A stretch of 64,000 nucleotides of DNA from a virus, in IMG/VR virus record IMGVR_UViG_3300025769_000006; one strand, written 5' to 3'. The position numbers and the translations under genes were made by a program. The notes under the pieces are model-generated. The model made no database searches. It saw only the letters and a program-made list of their open reading frames with translations, and was not told where the DNA came from. Positions 28,446 through 38,111 of the stretch are shown here, piece by piece. Positions within the stretch are counted from its first letter, which is position 1. The number at the start of each line of letters is the position of its first letter.

Positions 28446-30860
28446 TTATCTAGGATCAAATTGCTCTAATCCAAAACCTCCTAAATTGTCAAATCCTGCT
28501 GATTCAAAATCTTGAGGTAGTGTGTTGTTTTGTCTTTGATTTATTAGCTTTGACTCTTGAGTTCCTTGCATCTTTATTCTATTGTCTTTTCTATCTTCTA
28601 TCTCTTGTTCTTTAGTTGTTTCAGCTCTAGATTTTATTTGTGCAAGCTGCATGTTGTAACTAAACTCTTCAGCCATTAAACCTTTTTTTATTTCTGCTTC
28701 TTGAAGCATTTTTTGCATTTCAAGTTGCATTTTAGAAGTTTCTATTTGTATAGTTGTTTCGGCTAAAGCTTGTTGTTTTTGCATTTCTGCAGTTATAGCA
28801 GCTTCTGAAGCTTGAGCGTTAGCCTGCGCTTGAGCCTGAATATTAGCTTGTTGATTTGCTTGATCTTGTCTAGCTTTTGCTTTTCTTTTTTGTTTTAACA
28901 GAGCGTTTGCTAGTTTTATATTTTTTACTTGTCTAATGTCTATGGCATCATCTAAATCTATTCCACCTGACTGTAAAGCTATTTGTATGTTTTGCTCTAA
29001 TTGAGCTTTAGCTTCTTCGTCTGGTTCTAATTCTAAGAATATTCCAAAATCTTGTAGATTTTTTTCTTGCAACTCCTCTAGTGTACCAGTATTGTACGAT
29101 GATATAGAATCTATTAAAGCAGCTCTAGTTAACGGATATTCTAAAGCATCAGCTATTCTTAGCGCTATGTTTTCACAAGTTCTTAAAGTTAGATATAAAC
29201 CACCTTGCATAACATGTCTTAGCGCTGTGTTTGAGTTTGCTGCAGCTAATTTCTGTAAACCTACAAGCGCATCTTTACTAGGCGTGCTAGCATCAGACGC
29301 TTCATTCAGACCTGTTACGTCGCGTATCATTTGTAAATAATACTGATATGTTTGTATTAAACTTTGTATTTTAGCACCACCATTACTAGTTTGAAGTTCT
29401 TGAATAGGAACTTTACCTCTATTCAAATCACCATCTTGTGTCATAGATCTTCCAACTATAGAACCAGTTTGAAAATACATATTTAAAGCTTCAGAAGCGT
29501 TGTAGTTTGTGCCATTACCAAGATCAACCTCAGCTAAACCATCTACATCAACAAAAACCCCGTCTGGTACCATTCTAGATAGTACTTGTTGTAGTTTTAA
29601 ATGAGTAAGTTGTATTATGTCCGCAAAACCTGTTATTCTACTAACTGTAGACTCTATCATTCCTTTATACATTCTAGGAGCGCATATAGAATAATTCATG
29701 TTAACTTTAGTTAGATTTGAATTTGGTCGCGTCATGTTTTCAGACATTTTCCACTCTAACATCATTTCATGTCCTAATATTTTAGCGCCAGTATATAAAA
29801 CCTCTATACTTCTACCCACTCTTTCAAAGTTATCGTTTGGTTGTGGATTAAAAGTATCTGGCTTTTCTAATGCTTTTTCAAGACCTTGATCAGTTTGTTT
29901 TATTTTAAATATTTGATTACTGTAAGTTTTGTATTCAAAATATAAAACTTGAACTTGATTATACGAATCTTGTTGCGCATAAAAGTTTCTAGTATAATTA
30001 GCGTCTCCAGGAAATTTTTCAATTTTTTCTAATTCAGCATCTGATAAACCAGGAAATTGCTTTTTTAATTCAACTAAACTTATTGATTTAACTTCTCCAG
30101 CGTAATATATATCATCAAAATTTGGATCTTCTGTATAAGAATAAACTAAATTAGCAGGATCTACGTAGTTAACTGTAACGCCATTAGCCAAATTAAAATC
30201 AGTTTTTACAGCTCCTATTCCTATTATAGTTAAATCTTGTATTAATCTCTTTTTTATTAAATCATATTTATTATAAGCTAAAACATTTTCAATAGCCTCT
30301 TCTTCGGCTATTTCTATTGACTGTTTGTAGCTTAATTGCATGTGTAAGTCCAACTCCTGTTGAGTTTCAGGCAAATTGTCTGTGTCATTAGTGTTAAAGA
30401 AATTCATGCCTGTGGCTTGATTTGTAGCTTCAATTATTTCTTTAGCATACATATCACGCATTATAGCGTCTGCATATTTTGTTCTTTTCTTTAATGACTC
30501 TGGATCTTGAGCAAAAGCTTTAATATCAAATATTTTTTGCGACATTCCATTTACTATAATATCAACAAATTTTGGTATTATTGGAACAGGTTTCCAGTCT
30601 AAGTTTAAGTAAGATAAATCGCCATTGACAGCTAATTCATCTTTATATTTTTGAACAGGTTGTTCGCCTCTTGCGTAGAGTCTTAATCTGTGAAAGTTTA
30701 ACCAACTATTTTGATATCTATTACCTAAACCCCCTCTATCTCCAGAAAACCACTCTCCTTCAATAGCTCTACCCACGGCGTAACCATAATCATAACTTTG
30801 CTTTTCTTCATCAGATACAACCTGACTAGGAAACGAACCTGCGTAATTAGTGTAAATCAT
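28446..30860 (-). CDS. putative portal protein (804 aa)
   Basis: Immediately downstream of, and abutting, the large terminase gene. It has a Q/A-rich C-terminal coiled coil. Size and synteny fit a portal. Confidence 0.6.
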   Translation of the reverse strand: MIYTNYAGSFPSQVVSDEEKQSYDYGYAVGRAIEGEWFSGDRGGLGNRYQNSWLNFHRLRLYARGEQPVQKYKDELAVNGDLSYLNLDWKPVPIIPKFVDIIVNGMSQKIFDIKAFAQDPESLKKRTKYADAIMRDMYAKEIIEATNQATGMNFFNTNDTDNLPETQQELDLHMQLSYKQSIEIAEEEAIENVLAYNKYDLIKKRLIQDLTIIGIGAVKTDFNLANGVTVNYVDPANLVYSYTEDPNFDDIYYAGEVKSISLVELKKQFPGLSDAELEKIEKFPGDANYTRNFYAQQDSYNQVQVLYFEYKTYSNQIFKIKQTDQGLEKALEKPDTFNPQPNDNFERVGRSIEVLYTGAKILGHEMMLEWKMSENMTRPNSNLTKVNMNYSICAPRMYKGMIESTVSRITGFADIIQLTHLKLQQVLSRMVPDGVFVDVDGLAEVDLGNGTNYNASEALNMYFQTGSIVGRSMTQDGDLNRGKVPIQELQTSNGGAKIQSLIQTYQYYLQMIRDVTGLNEASDASTPSKDALVGLQKLAAANSNTALRHVMQGGLYLTLRTCENIALRIADALEYPLTRAALIDSISSYNTGTLEELQEKNLQDFGIFLELEPDEEAKAQLEQNIQIALQSGGIDLDDAIDIRQVKNIKLANALLKQKRKAKARQDQANQQANIQAQAQANAQASEAAITAEMQKQQALAETTIQIETSKMQLEMQKMLQEAEIKKGLMAEEFSYNMQLAQIKSRAETTKEQEIEDRKDNRIKMQGTQESKLINQRQNNTLPQDFESAGFDNLGGFGLEQFDPR

Positions 30861-33071
30861 TTATCTTATTATTTTTGAACTAAATCCTTTATTATCGTAT
30901 TTTTTAAAACCTAAATTTTTAACTTCTACTTTTCTTTTAAATACAGGTGTATATAGGTTTTTGTTGCAGGCCATTATAGCTAAACCTGAACTTATGGAAG
31001 CATCATGCTTTGTTCTATTATTTATATCAAATCTCGACCAATCTTCTAATGTTTTTTGAAAATACATATCACCATATTTTTCCCCTAAATTACCAACATA
31101 AGTTTCTATATAAGATTCTATAGCTGCGGCGTGGGCTTGTTTTATGTCTTGGCTAGAATTAGGTATACCACCTATTTCTCTTTCTGTAACTGACAACTTC
31201 ATATATACTTTATCCGGTCTATTCATAGAGTAACCTCTATAACCTCTTCTTTTGAAATGGTATAATAATCTTGGTTTATTATTTTCAGCTAATATTGGCA
31301 TACCATAAAATATACAAGCCATAAGTACATCTTCAAAAAATATTTCAGCTGTTTGAGGTCTAGCTATATATTCTAAAAAAAACATACTATTTGGTGCATC
31401 TTCCATTGAAAATTTAGTTAAACCGTGTAGTGAACCGTTTGAACCTCTAGAATCTACCGTACCTGATATATCATATGGGTCACAGCCAAAAGCACCAATA
31501 TGCTCATTTCCTGGATATTTAATACCGTTTTTATTTATTACTACGTTTTGTAATCTTACAGGAGGTACCCAAGATATGTTAAATCTTCCATTTTTATTAG
31601 GAACAAATAAAACTTTACTGTCTTTAATTCCATTTTGCCATTGAAAAGATCCTTTGGTAATAAGCAATTCGTTTTTAACGTCTTGATTAAAATCTATTTG
31701 CTCATATATTTTTGTTAAATTAAATAAAGACTGTTTTGCCTCATCTCTAAAGGCGTGTTGTTCAGTTCTTGGAAACTGTCTATAAAATTCGTTTAAAGCA
31801 TCTTGATCTTTTTTTAATCCATCAACTTCATTTTGCCAATACTCTAATACACCTATTTTTATTTTTTTTCCGTGCGGACCTTGCGTATCTTTATTTGGAG
31901 TTTCGAAGACAGGTAAGCCATAAGAATCAATGTAGCCTTCGTAGTTCCATTCCATAGGTATGAACAAAGAATATAATCCTGAGCGAGTCTCTCCATTGGC
32001 GTTTCTTTCTCTGACATCTGAATCATTATATAGTTTTTTAAAATTACTACCACCTTTATCTAAAGCATTAGATGTTGATCCCATCATGCATTTACCTATA
32101 ATTCTTCCACCTAATCTTAAACAAGTTTTTGTAACTCTCCAGTTATTTAATATGTTATTAGGTTTTTCCCACTTACCACTTTCATCGTGGACAAGTAGTT
32201 TTAATTTTTCACCATCATAAGAGTTATCACCAGTATTTTTCCAATCTATTGTTGTGTCAAGCCCGTCAAGTTCTTGAACTTTTTGGTTTGTTTCAAGTTT
32301 TCTTCTTGTGTATTTTGTTGCTGGTACTCTATAGGCAAGCTCTGTTTTTGGCCTGTCCATACCGTCCTGGATGGGTTTGAAAAAGAACGGGTAGTTGACT
32401 GATATTGGTACGACTTTGTCTGTGAACATTTTCTTAGCATCGGGACCAGATTTGGACAAGATACCATACCGTGCATCTGACGTAATTGTTGCCATATTAA
32501 CGGTTTCTGCTGAAGACATAAAAGAAAATCCGGAGCGTCTGTTTTTAAGATAACACATTCCATAACATCGTGAGTCTGCTTTACAAGCTTCCCAGAAAAT
32601 GTAGAATAATCTATTTGATTCCCTAAAGTCTGGCTGCCCAACGTCAATTTTGCTCCACTGCAAGTACATAAAGTGAGTACCAGTAATGTAAGTAGCCACG
32701 CTCTTATTATAGAACCAAAAGCCTTGTTCTCTTTTATTAAATTCATTATCAATGTAATCATACCATTTTTCTTTAAAATCTAAAGGATATTGCTCCCAAT
32801 CAAAAACTGATTTTATTTTTTTTAATTCTTTTGGATATTCAGTATATTCCCACGTGTTAGAATCAAAAGAATAAACATTGTTTGATTTAGGTAAAGCAAT
32901 TTTTAGATTTTGTATTTCATATATTTCTCCAACAGTACCGTCTTTACTTATAACTACGACATCGTGTTCATCATTATAACCATACTCCCATTTTTTATAC
33001 CTATTCATTCTTTTGAGAACTTTAGGTTTAATATGGTCTTTTAAAACTTTATACAAACTTTGCTCGTGCAT
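30861..33071 (-). CDS. terL: terminase large subunit
   Basis: Walker-A-like LKNRRSGFSF and Walker B LKLLVHDESGKW. The C-terminal nuclease-like region has an acidic GAFGCDPYD. Length is 736 aa. Confidence 0.8.
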   Translation of the reverse strand: MHEQSLYKVLKDHIKPKVLKRMNRYKKWEYGYNDEHDVVVISKDGTVGEIYEIQNLKIALPKSNNVYSFDSNTWEYTEYPKELKKIKSVFDWEQYPLDFKEKWYDYIDNEFNKREQGFWFYNKSVATYITGTHFMYLQWSKIDVGQPDFRESNRLFYIFWEACKADSRCYGMCYLKNRRSGFSFMSSAETVNMATITSDARYGILSKSGPDAKKMFTDKVVPISVNYPFFFKPIQDGMDRPKTELAYRVPATKYTRRKLETNQKVQELDGLDTTIDWKNTGDNSYDGEKLKLLVHDESGKWEKPNNILNNWRVTKTCLRLGGRIIGKCMMGSTSNALDKGGSNFKKLYNDSDVRERNANGETRSGLYSLFIPMEWNYEGYIDSYGLPVFETPNKDTQGPHGKKIKIGVLEYWQNEVDGLKKDQDALNEFYRQFPRTEQHAFRDEAKQSLFNLTKIYEQIDFNQDVKNELLITKGSFQWQNGIKDSKVLFVPNKNGRFNISWVPPVRLQNVVINKNGIKYPGNEHIGAFGCDPYDISGTVDSRGSNGSLHGLTKFSMEDAPNSMFFLEYIARPQTAEIFFEDVLMACIFYGMPILAENNKPRLLYHFKRRGYRGYSMNRPDKVYMKLSVTEREIGGIPNSSQDIKQAHAAAIESYIETYVGNLGEKYGDMYFQKTLEDWSRFDINNRTKHDASISSGLAIMACNKNLYTPVFKRKVEVKNLGFKKYDNKGFSSKIIR

Positions 33072-33346
33072 TACTTAGCTCTTCCTTCTGCAAAACCACT
33101 AAAAGATTTTTCTTCTTTTATTTCTTTTGGTTTTTCGTTTAACAAGTTTTCTTCTTCTTCAATGCGACTTAAAATTTCAAAAGCATCAAATATAGCTAAT
33201 TTTTTAGTTGCAGCCGCGTTTTTTAAACGATCAGCAGATATATCATCATCTGAATCAACAATAGCTTCTTTAGCTACTTTTATTAATTCTTCAACTGCTT
33301 TTTGACCAGCTTGGATTATATTCTTCTTCGTCTCCTTTGTATTCAT
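33071..33346 (-). CDS. acidic hypothetical protein upstream of terL
   Basis: ORF track entry. Its stop overlaps the terL ATG, and its 5' end overlaps the previous gene by 56 nt. Confidence 0.4.
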   Translation of the reverse strand: MNTKETKKNIIQAGQKAVEELIKVAKEAIVDSDDDISADRLKNAAATKKLAIFDAFEILSRIEEEENLLNEKPKEIKEEKSFSGFAEGRAK

Positions 33347-33896
33347 ATTTAATTACAATATCATTTGATTTCATGCAGTATAGTCTTTTATTTTCAACTA
33401 AAAACTCCCATTCACCGTCCGGTTTATAACCAACAAGGTCTCCTTCGTTTATTTCTAGCGATTCTAAGGACTTATTTCCGTATTTTAATATACCAATAAG
33501 CTTTCGCTCTTTATCAGTTACTAGATGGTTATTATTTTTTATTGGTTGTATAAAACATCTTTCACCAAAAGAGTTGTAACCACTTTTATTTTTGTATAAA
33601 TAAATTTGGTCTATTGAGCAGAAATATAAATCATCTTTAAAGTAAGATCTTGATTTTTTCTTTTTGCCTTTCATGTCGTAAAATGTTCTAAAAACATTTT
33701 GATGAACAATAACTGTGTCACCTTTTTTTATTGGCGTTTTAAAAGCTTTAGGTGTTTCTATTACTTCTGCAAACCTGTTCACAAACTTCCAACTTTCAAT
33801 TTTACTATTTAATATTAACTTTTTTTTGTCAATATTAATTTCATTATTGTAAGTTTCACCTATAGGTTTTACAATAAAATCATACAGACTTTTCAT
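33291..33896 (-). CDS. hypothetical protein with two GroES-like (Cpn10-pattern) halves
   Basis: FIVKPIGE..AEVIETP..IKKGDTVIV..DLYFCSIDQIYLY, then CFIQPIKN..IGILKYG..INEGDLVGY..RLYCMKSNDIVIKY. By-eye pattern only. Confidence 0.3.
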   Translation of the reverse strand: MKSLYDFIVKPIGETYNNEINIDKKKLILNSKIESWKFVNRFAEVIETPKAFKTPIKKGDTVIVHQNVFRTFYDMKGKKKKSRSYFKDDLYFCSIDQIYLYKNKSGYNSFGERCFIQPIKNNNHLVTDKERKLIGILKYGNKSLESLEINEGDLVGYKPDGEWEFLVENKRLYCMKSNDIVIKYEYKGDEEEYNPSWSKSS

Positions 33897-34123
33897 TAGT
33901 ATTCTAAATCATACTCAACTGATATAGCCATGTTAGAATTAAATTTCTTCCATGGCAATACCTCGTTGTTCTTTTTTATGTGTATGTTGTAAGAATTATC
34001 AAATTCATCTAATAATATATGTGATATCTCGTGACCACCATAAACTATTTGACCAACAGAATAATGCATTGCGTCATTTTTATAATCAGAACCAATGCTT
34101 ATTTTTCTTATATTACTCGTCAT
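33896..34123 (-). CDS. hypothetical protein
   Basis: ORF track entry; start/stop coupled to neighbouring genes. Confidence 0.4.
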   Translation of the reverse strand: MTSNIRKISIGSDYKNDAMHYSVGQIVYGGHEISHILLDEFDNSYNIHIKKNNEVLPWKKFNSNMAISVEYDLEY

Positions 34124-34364
34124 TTTCTTTTTCTATTGGTGTTATAACGCCTGTCGATAAATCTATATTAATAGAACCATATTCATTTTCTAGTTCTTTT
34201 TTAGTAGATTCAATTTCATCACTGAGTATTTTTACTCTAGAATGTAAATTCATTTTTTGAACATCTAAAATACCTAAACTTTTAAGCATTTCACCTATAT
34301 CAGATTGCTGCTTATTTAGTAATTCTAATTGTTCTTTTTTGAGTTTTTTAACTTTTTTAGCCAT
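34113..34364 (-). CDS. hypothetical coiled-coil protein
   Basis: ORF track entry. Confidence 0.4.
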   Translation of the reverse strand: MAKKVKKLKKEQLELLNKQQSDIGEMLKSLGILDVQKMNLHSRVKILSDEIESTKKELENEYGSINIDLSTGVITPIEKENDE

Positions 34365-34383
34365 AATTTGATTTAATTTAATT

Positions 34384-34407
34384 TAAAAATGTATAGATTT
34401 TCTATAC
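34384..34407 (-). terminator. rho-independent terminator after the 103-aa protein gene
   Basis: GTATAGAtttTCTATAC, a 7-bp stem, followed on the minus strand by a U-run (plus-strand aaaaa at 34385-34389). Confidence 0.5.
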
Positions 34408-34408
34408 T

Positions 34409-34720
34409 TTATTTTCCTGCTACAAGATCGGTTGCCGTAGTAGCGTTAGACAAGACGTAATCAACAACCACAGGAAACCACTCTCCTTGCGGTACATTTT
34501 TAAACGTAATTGCTTGAGCTAAACCAGGTAAACCAGAACCACTAGATCCAACAGATCCAGCGGGAATTACTTGAAGGTCTTTATTAGTTCCAGTGCTCGT
34601 TCCTACATATATAATTGATCCATTTAATGAATTTGCCGCGGTTAAAGAAGCTGCAGCAACTGGTGTTACAGTTTTTATGTCGTTAGTTATAAAATCAGGT
34701 TGATTTCCGTATTGTCCCAT
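34409..34720 (-). CDS. small Gly/Ser/Ala-rich structural protein (103 aa)
   Basis: ORF track entry with its own terminator; possibly an abundant decoration or fibre protein. Confidence 0.4.
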   Translation of the reverse strand: MGQYGNQPDFITNDIKTVTPVAAASLTAANSLNGSIIYVGTSTGTNKDLQVIPAGSVGSSGSGLPGLAQAITFKNVPQGEWFPVVVDYVLSNATTATDLVAGK

Positions 34721-34723
34721 TAT

Positions 34724-35125
34724 TTAATCTTTTTTGTTTGTTATTTTTTTTGCTTTTTCCCAAGTTCTACCCACAAAGTAAGCTCCATAGACTGTAACAA
34801 GAAGAGTTTGAAATATTGGGATATACTCTTCTGCTATTTTAAATTCACCTATATTACCATGAAAAAAAGCACAAGCTGTAAATATTACTGTTAGGTATAT
34901 TAAGACCATAGGGCGTATATTTTTAGATAGTTTACTATCTGACGCCATGTCTGCTTGCCACCTTGCTGTAACTTGCTCTTGTGCTTCTTTGTCGGCTTTT
35001 TCTAATATTTCTGTAATAAGGCGCTGAGCTTCAAGCTTTTCCTCTTTAGTTGTTGTAAGATTATCTAAAACCTCGCCAACTTCTTTTATGACGGAACCTG
35101 TAAGCCATTGCCAAATTTTTTTCAT
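34724..35125 (-). CDS. membrane protein, second holin-like candidate
   Basis: Soluble coiled N-terminal half, then RPMVLIYLTVIFTACAFF and FQTLLVTVYGAYFVG TM segments. Loosely resembles the 3TM-holin family layout. Confidence 0.3.
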   Translation of the reverse strand: MKKIWQWLTGSVIKEVGEVLDNLTTTKEEKLEAQRLITEILEKADKEAQEQVTARWQADMASDSKLSKNIRPMVLIYLTVIFTACAFFHGNIGEFKIAEEYIPIFQTLLVTVYGAYFVGRTWEKAKKITNKKD

Positions 35126-35520
35126 TATATTTCTTTTCTTTTATAATAGTATGTAAAATTATAATCTCCTTTAAAAACAACTTTTAATTTGTTTTCTTCT
35201 ACTAACTCATATGTTGTTTCAAAATAAGCGCTTTCGTTTTGATTATACCAATATAAAATAATTCCTTTTAATTTACCGTTTTCTTTACCGGTATATCTTA
35301 TTGGTAAATATTTATATGATTTTGTTTTACAATTGTAATAATCTAAGGTTTCAACTTCTTTGTATTGCCAAAAAACTAGTTTTTTTTGAGCTTTATTAAA
35401 ATATATTCTAAGATTTATTTCTGATTTTTCAGTAACCCAATGACCTTTGAATTTATTATAATCTTGAGCTTTTACACTAAAAAAACAAAATAATAATAAA
35501 ATTAATAATATTTTTTTCAT
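35125..35520 (-). CDS. secreted protein with signal peptide
   Basis: MKKILLILLLFCFFSVKAQ is a signal peptide. Confidence 0.5.
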   Translation of the reverse strand: MKKILLILLLFCFFSVKAQDYNKFKGHWVTEKSEINLRIYFNKAQKKLVFWQYKEVETLDYYNCKTKSYKYLPIRYTGKENGKLKGIILYWYNQNESAYFETTYELVEENKLKVVFKGDYNFTYYYKRKEI

Positions 35521-35545
35521 ATAATTATATTTAATAGTTATATTT

Positions 35546-35558
35546 ATATAATTACATG
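35546..35558 (-). promoter_or_regulatory. late-type box CATGTAATTATAT
   Basis: Lies 25 nt upstream of ATG 35520. Confidence 0.3.
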
Positions 35559-35570
35559 TTTTATAATTAT

Positions 35571-37097
35571 TTACGCAAAAGAACCAAAATCATCAGATTC
35601 AAAAAGTTTATTCATTTTTAACTCATCAAATCTAGTTTTTCCAGGATTTTTTTTATTATTAGAGGCAACTGTGTTTAAAGCATCTATTAAACTATCTTGA
35701 TCAAACGTTCTATAAAACTCAGTTTGCTCTAAGTTATTTTCTTTTATTCTTTTTTCTAGCTTTTCTTTGTCAAACTGCTCTCCAGGTTCCATATTCAAAG
35801 CTCTTCTAAATTGATGAAAATTATTGTAAAGCTCTCCATATTGGGTAAAATAATCTTTTAGTTGTGTTGTTGGACCTGCTTTTAATCTTAGTTTAGATCT
35901 TAAATAAGGGTCCATAGCGTGATCTCTACCTGACTTATGTAATATTTCATGCTCACCAACATTAACACCACTTAGTAATGCTCTATTGTATTCATCTTCA
36001 CCTCCGTAATTATCGTAAGAAAGATCTCTACCTACGCCTGGTATAAGCTGTTCATTTATTATAATATCACCAGTAGAAGAAATTGAACCACCTCCACCAA
36101 ATCCACTTCTAGGGTTTAAAAGGTTTCTTAAATCACTATTTAAAACATCAGATTTAGCTTGACCGTAGTTACCCGTAGACATTACCTTTGGTTGTATTCC
36201 TAAATTGCTAACCATTCTATTTATAGATATATCCATGTCCATTTCACTAGCTAATTCACCTGCTTTTTCTACATTTTCGCCAAACATTTGAGAGTTTAAA
36301 TCGTCACCATATCTAACATTTTTTCTGTTAAAATCAACAGGTAATGAACCTAGTTTTTGAGCTTGCTGTGGATATCTTTCTCTAGTTACTGGGTGATTAG
36401 CCCAATCTAAAGCTTGTTGCGCAGATTGTATTAAATATTGATTAGCAGGATCTTCCATGTCTAAACCACTATTTTCTAATTTATTTTGAAAATATTTTTC
36501 TTTTTCCTCTTGGCTCATTCCGTATAAAGATAATTCAATGTTTGGATCTTCGACATTAAATCTTTGATCCGTATAACCAATAGCGTATTCCATATCTGGA
36601 GACCAACTTTGATCTTGTAAATTAGAAAGTTCATAACCAGTACTTACATATGGATTTCTTGGTTTACTTCTGTCAGAAACATAATCTTTATCTTTAGTTT
36701 CATCTTTTTTAAGACCATAGTAAGCTTGGGTAGGTGTTAAACCAAATTGACCACTAAACGCATAAGATTCTAATTCTTCATTACTAGCATTTGGGTTTTT
36801 CTTTTTTAACTCATCTAGTATGTAGTTTCTATAATCTTCAGTCATTCTCTGCCTTTCGCTGTATCTTTTTTTTGCTTCTTCAGCTTCTGGCTTTAAACTT
36901 AATTTTTTACCTTCAACATCCCTTAAATCTTCTTTTAGAATAAACTTAGGCTTATTAACTCTAGTATTATCTACTTGAACGTTTGGTCTTCTTTTGTCTG
37001 TTGGATTGATTGGGTGTTGAGTACCATCATGAAACTTTATAGGGCTGTTGTTTACACCACCTTTTAAATTCTTAAAATAACCTTTTTTTAATCCCAT
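35571..37097 (-). CDS. SPIK-box protein with HExxH motif (508 aa)
   Basis: NNSPIKF lies near the N-terminus. HEILH is encoded at 35937-35951. Confidence 0.45.
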   Translation of the reverse strand: MGLKKGYFKNLKGGVNNSPIKFHDGTQHPINPTDKRRPNVQVDNTRVNKPKFILKEDLRDVEGKKLSLKPEAEEAKKRYSERQRMTEDYRNYILDELKKKNPNASNEELESYAFSGQFGLTPTQAYYGLKKDETKDKDYVSDRSKPRNPYVSTGYELSNLQDQSWSPDMEYAIGYTDQRFNVEDPNIELSLYGMSQEEKEKYFQNKLENSGLDMEDPANQYLIQSAQQALDWANHPVTRERYPQQAQKLGSLPVDFNRKNVRYGDDLNSQMFGENVEKAGELASEMDMDISINRMVSNLGIQPKVMSTGNYGQAKSDVLNSDLRNLLNPRSGFGGGGSISSTGDIIINEQLIPGVGRDLSYDNYGGEDEYNRALLSGVNVGEHEILHKSGRDHAMDPYLRSKLRLKAGPTTQLKDYFTQYGELYNNFHQFRRALNMEPGEQFDKEKLEKRIKENNLEQTEFYRTFDQDSLIDALNTVASNNKKNPGKTRFDELKMNKLFESDDFGSFA

Positions 37098-37099
37098 AA

Positions 37100-37567
37100 C
37101 TAAGCATTTTTAGTTTTATCGTAAGCTTCTTTTTCCCAAGGTAAATTTTTAGCTCCTTCGTTCATTTGAGATCTAGGATATTTTTTACCTTCCCAATAAA
37201 CATTATCATCATCATAAGCAAGTCGACGATCTTTTATTTGCTTAATATGAATCATTTCATGATCTATAACGTCTTGTTTTTGCTTTAGGTCTGTTATGTC
37301 TTTGTTTATAAGTATAGTACCATTATTAGTAGCCATACCTAAAGTATCATCACCCATATCGACATGCATTATAGGTGTATTGTATTCTTCTTTAATATAT
37401 GGAGACCCTTTCATTTTAAAACCCATTTTTAAAGGAGAAGTTCTTTTCTTTTTAGCTGCTTTTAATGAAGCGTCATTTCCAGTTCCAGAGCCAGATCTTT
37501 TTCTTGCTTTATTCCAGTTTTCGCTGTGCATTAAAGAACTCCAACAGTGTTTTATAGGTGAACCCAT
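37100..37567 (-). CDS. small SPIK-box protein with HExxH zinc-metalloprotease motif (155 aa)
   Basis: MGSPIKHCW, TSPLKM and GSPYIK are present. HEMIH is encoded at 37247-37261. Confidence 0.5.
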   Translation of the reverse strand: MGSPIKHCWSSLMHSENWNKARKRSGSGTGNDASLKAAKKKRTSPLKMGFKMKGSPYIKEEYNTPIMHVDMGDDTLGMATNNGTILINKDITDLKQKQDVIDHEMIHIKQIKDRRLAYDDDNVYWEGKKYPRSQMNEGAKNLPWEKEAYDKTKNA

Positions 37568-37571
37568 ATAT

Positions 37572-37613
37572 TGTTTTTTTATAAATAAACCCCGCGACTA
37601 TTAAGCCGCGAGG
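37572..37613 (-). terminator. rho-independent terminator after 37638..38051
   Basis: On the minus strand: CCTCGCGgcttaatagtCGCGGGG followed by a T-rich run. Confidence 0.55.
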
Positions 37614-37637
37614 ATATATTTAATTGTTGATTAATTT

Positions 37638-38051
37638 TTATACGTCGTCAACAGTTCCAACGGACCAAGTTGACCAGTACATTTGCTTTGGTGTAGCAGC
37701 TTGATCTTTTCCTAATTGAGCTGTAGATACAACTCCACCTGGATTAGCAGTCATAGCTGAAAAGATAGCTTTGTCTGGAGCGTAAGCACCGTCTGTAATA
37801 GTTGGTACTCCAGCACTTCCATCTTTTGTTGTTGTAACTGTAGCTGTTAAAACTCTTGCAGAGATACCTGCAGAAGCGGCATCTACTCCAAAACCACCAG
37901 CAGCAGCAGTTAAAACTGCAGTTACAACACCTGTTGAAGCATTGTAAGATACATCTCCAATGTGGTCAACATTGATTAATTTTGTACCTTGAGTTAGTAA
38001 AGCAGCTGCATCAGCAGTGTTTACCACGTTAAATTTAATGAATTTTGCCAT
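37638..38051 (-). CDS. Ala/Thr/Gly-rich small structural protein (137 aa)
   Basis: ORF track entry with a CAAAA-repeat leader and its own terminator, suggesting high expression. Confidence 0.45.
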   Translation of the reverse strand: MAKFIKFNVVNTADAAALLTQGTKLINVDHIGDVSYNASTGVVTAVLTAAAGGFGVDAASAGISARVLTATVTTTKDGSAGVPTITDGAYAPDKAIFSAMTANPGGVVSTAQLGKDQAATPKQMYWSTWSVGTVDDV

Positions 38052-38111
38052 TTTGTTTTGTTTTGTTTTTGTTAATGATTTGTTTGACTTGGGTTTTACA
38101 GTTCCCTACTG

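Noticed and set aside
32246-32761. 171-aa same-strand alternative frame inside terL
   Set aside because: The terL frame carries the Walker motifs. No frameshift signal is evident.
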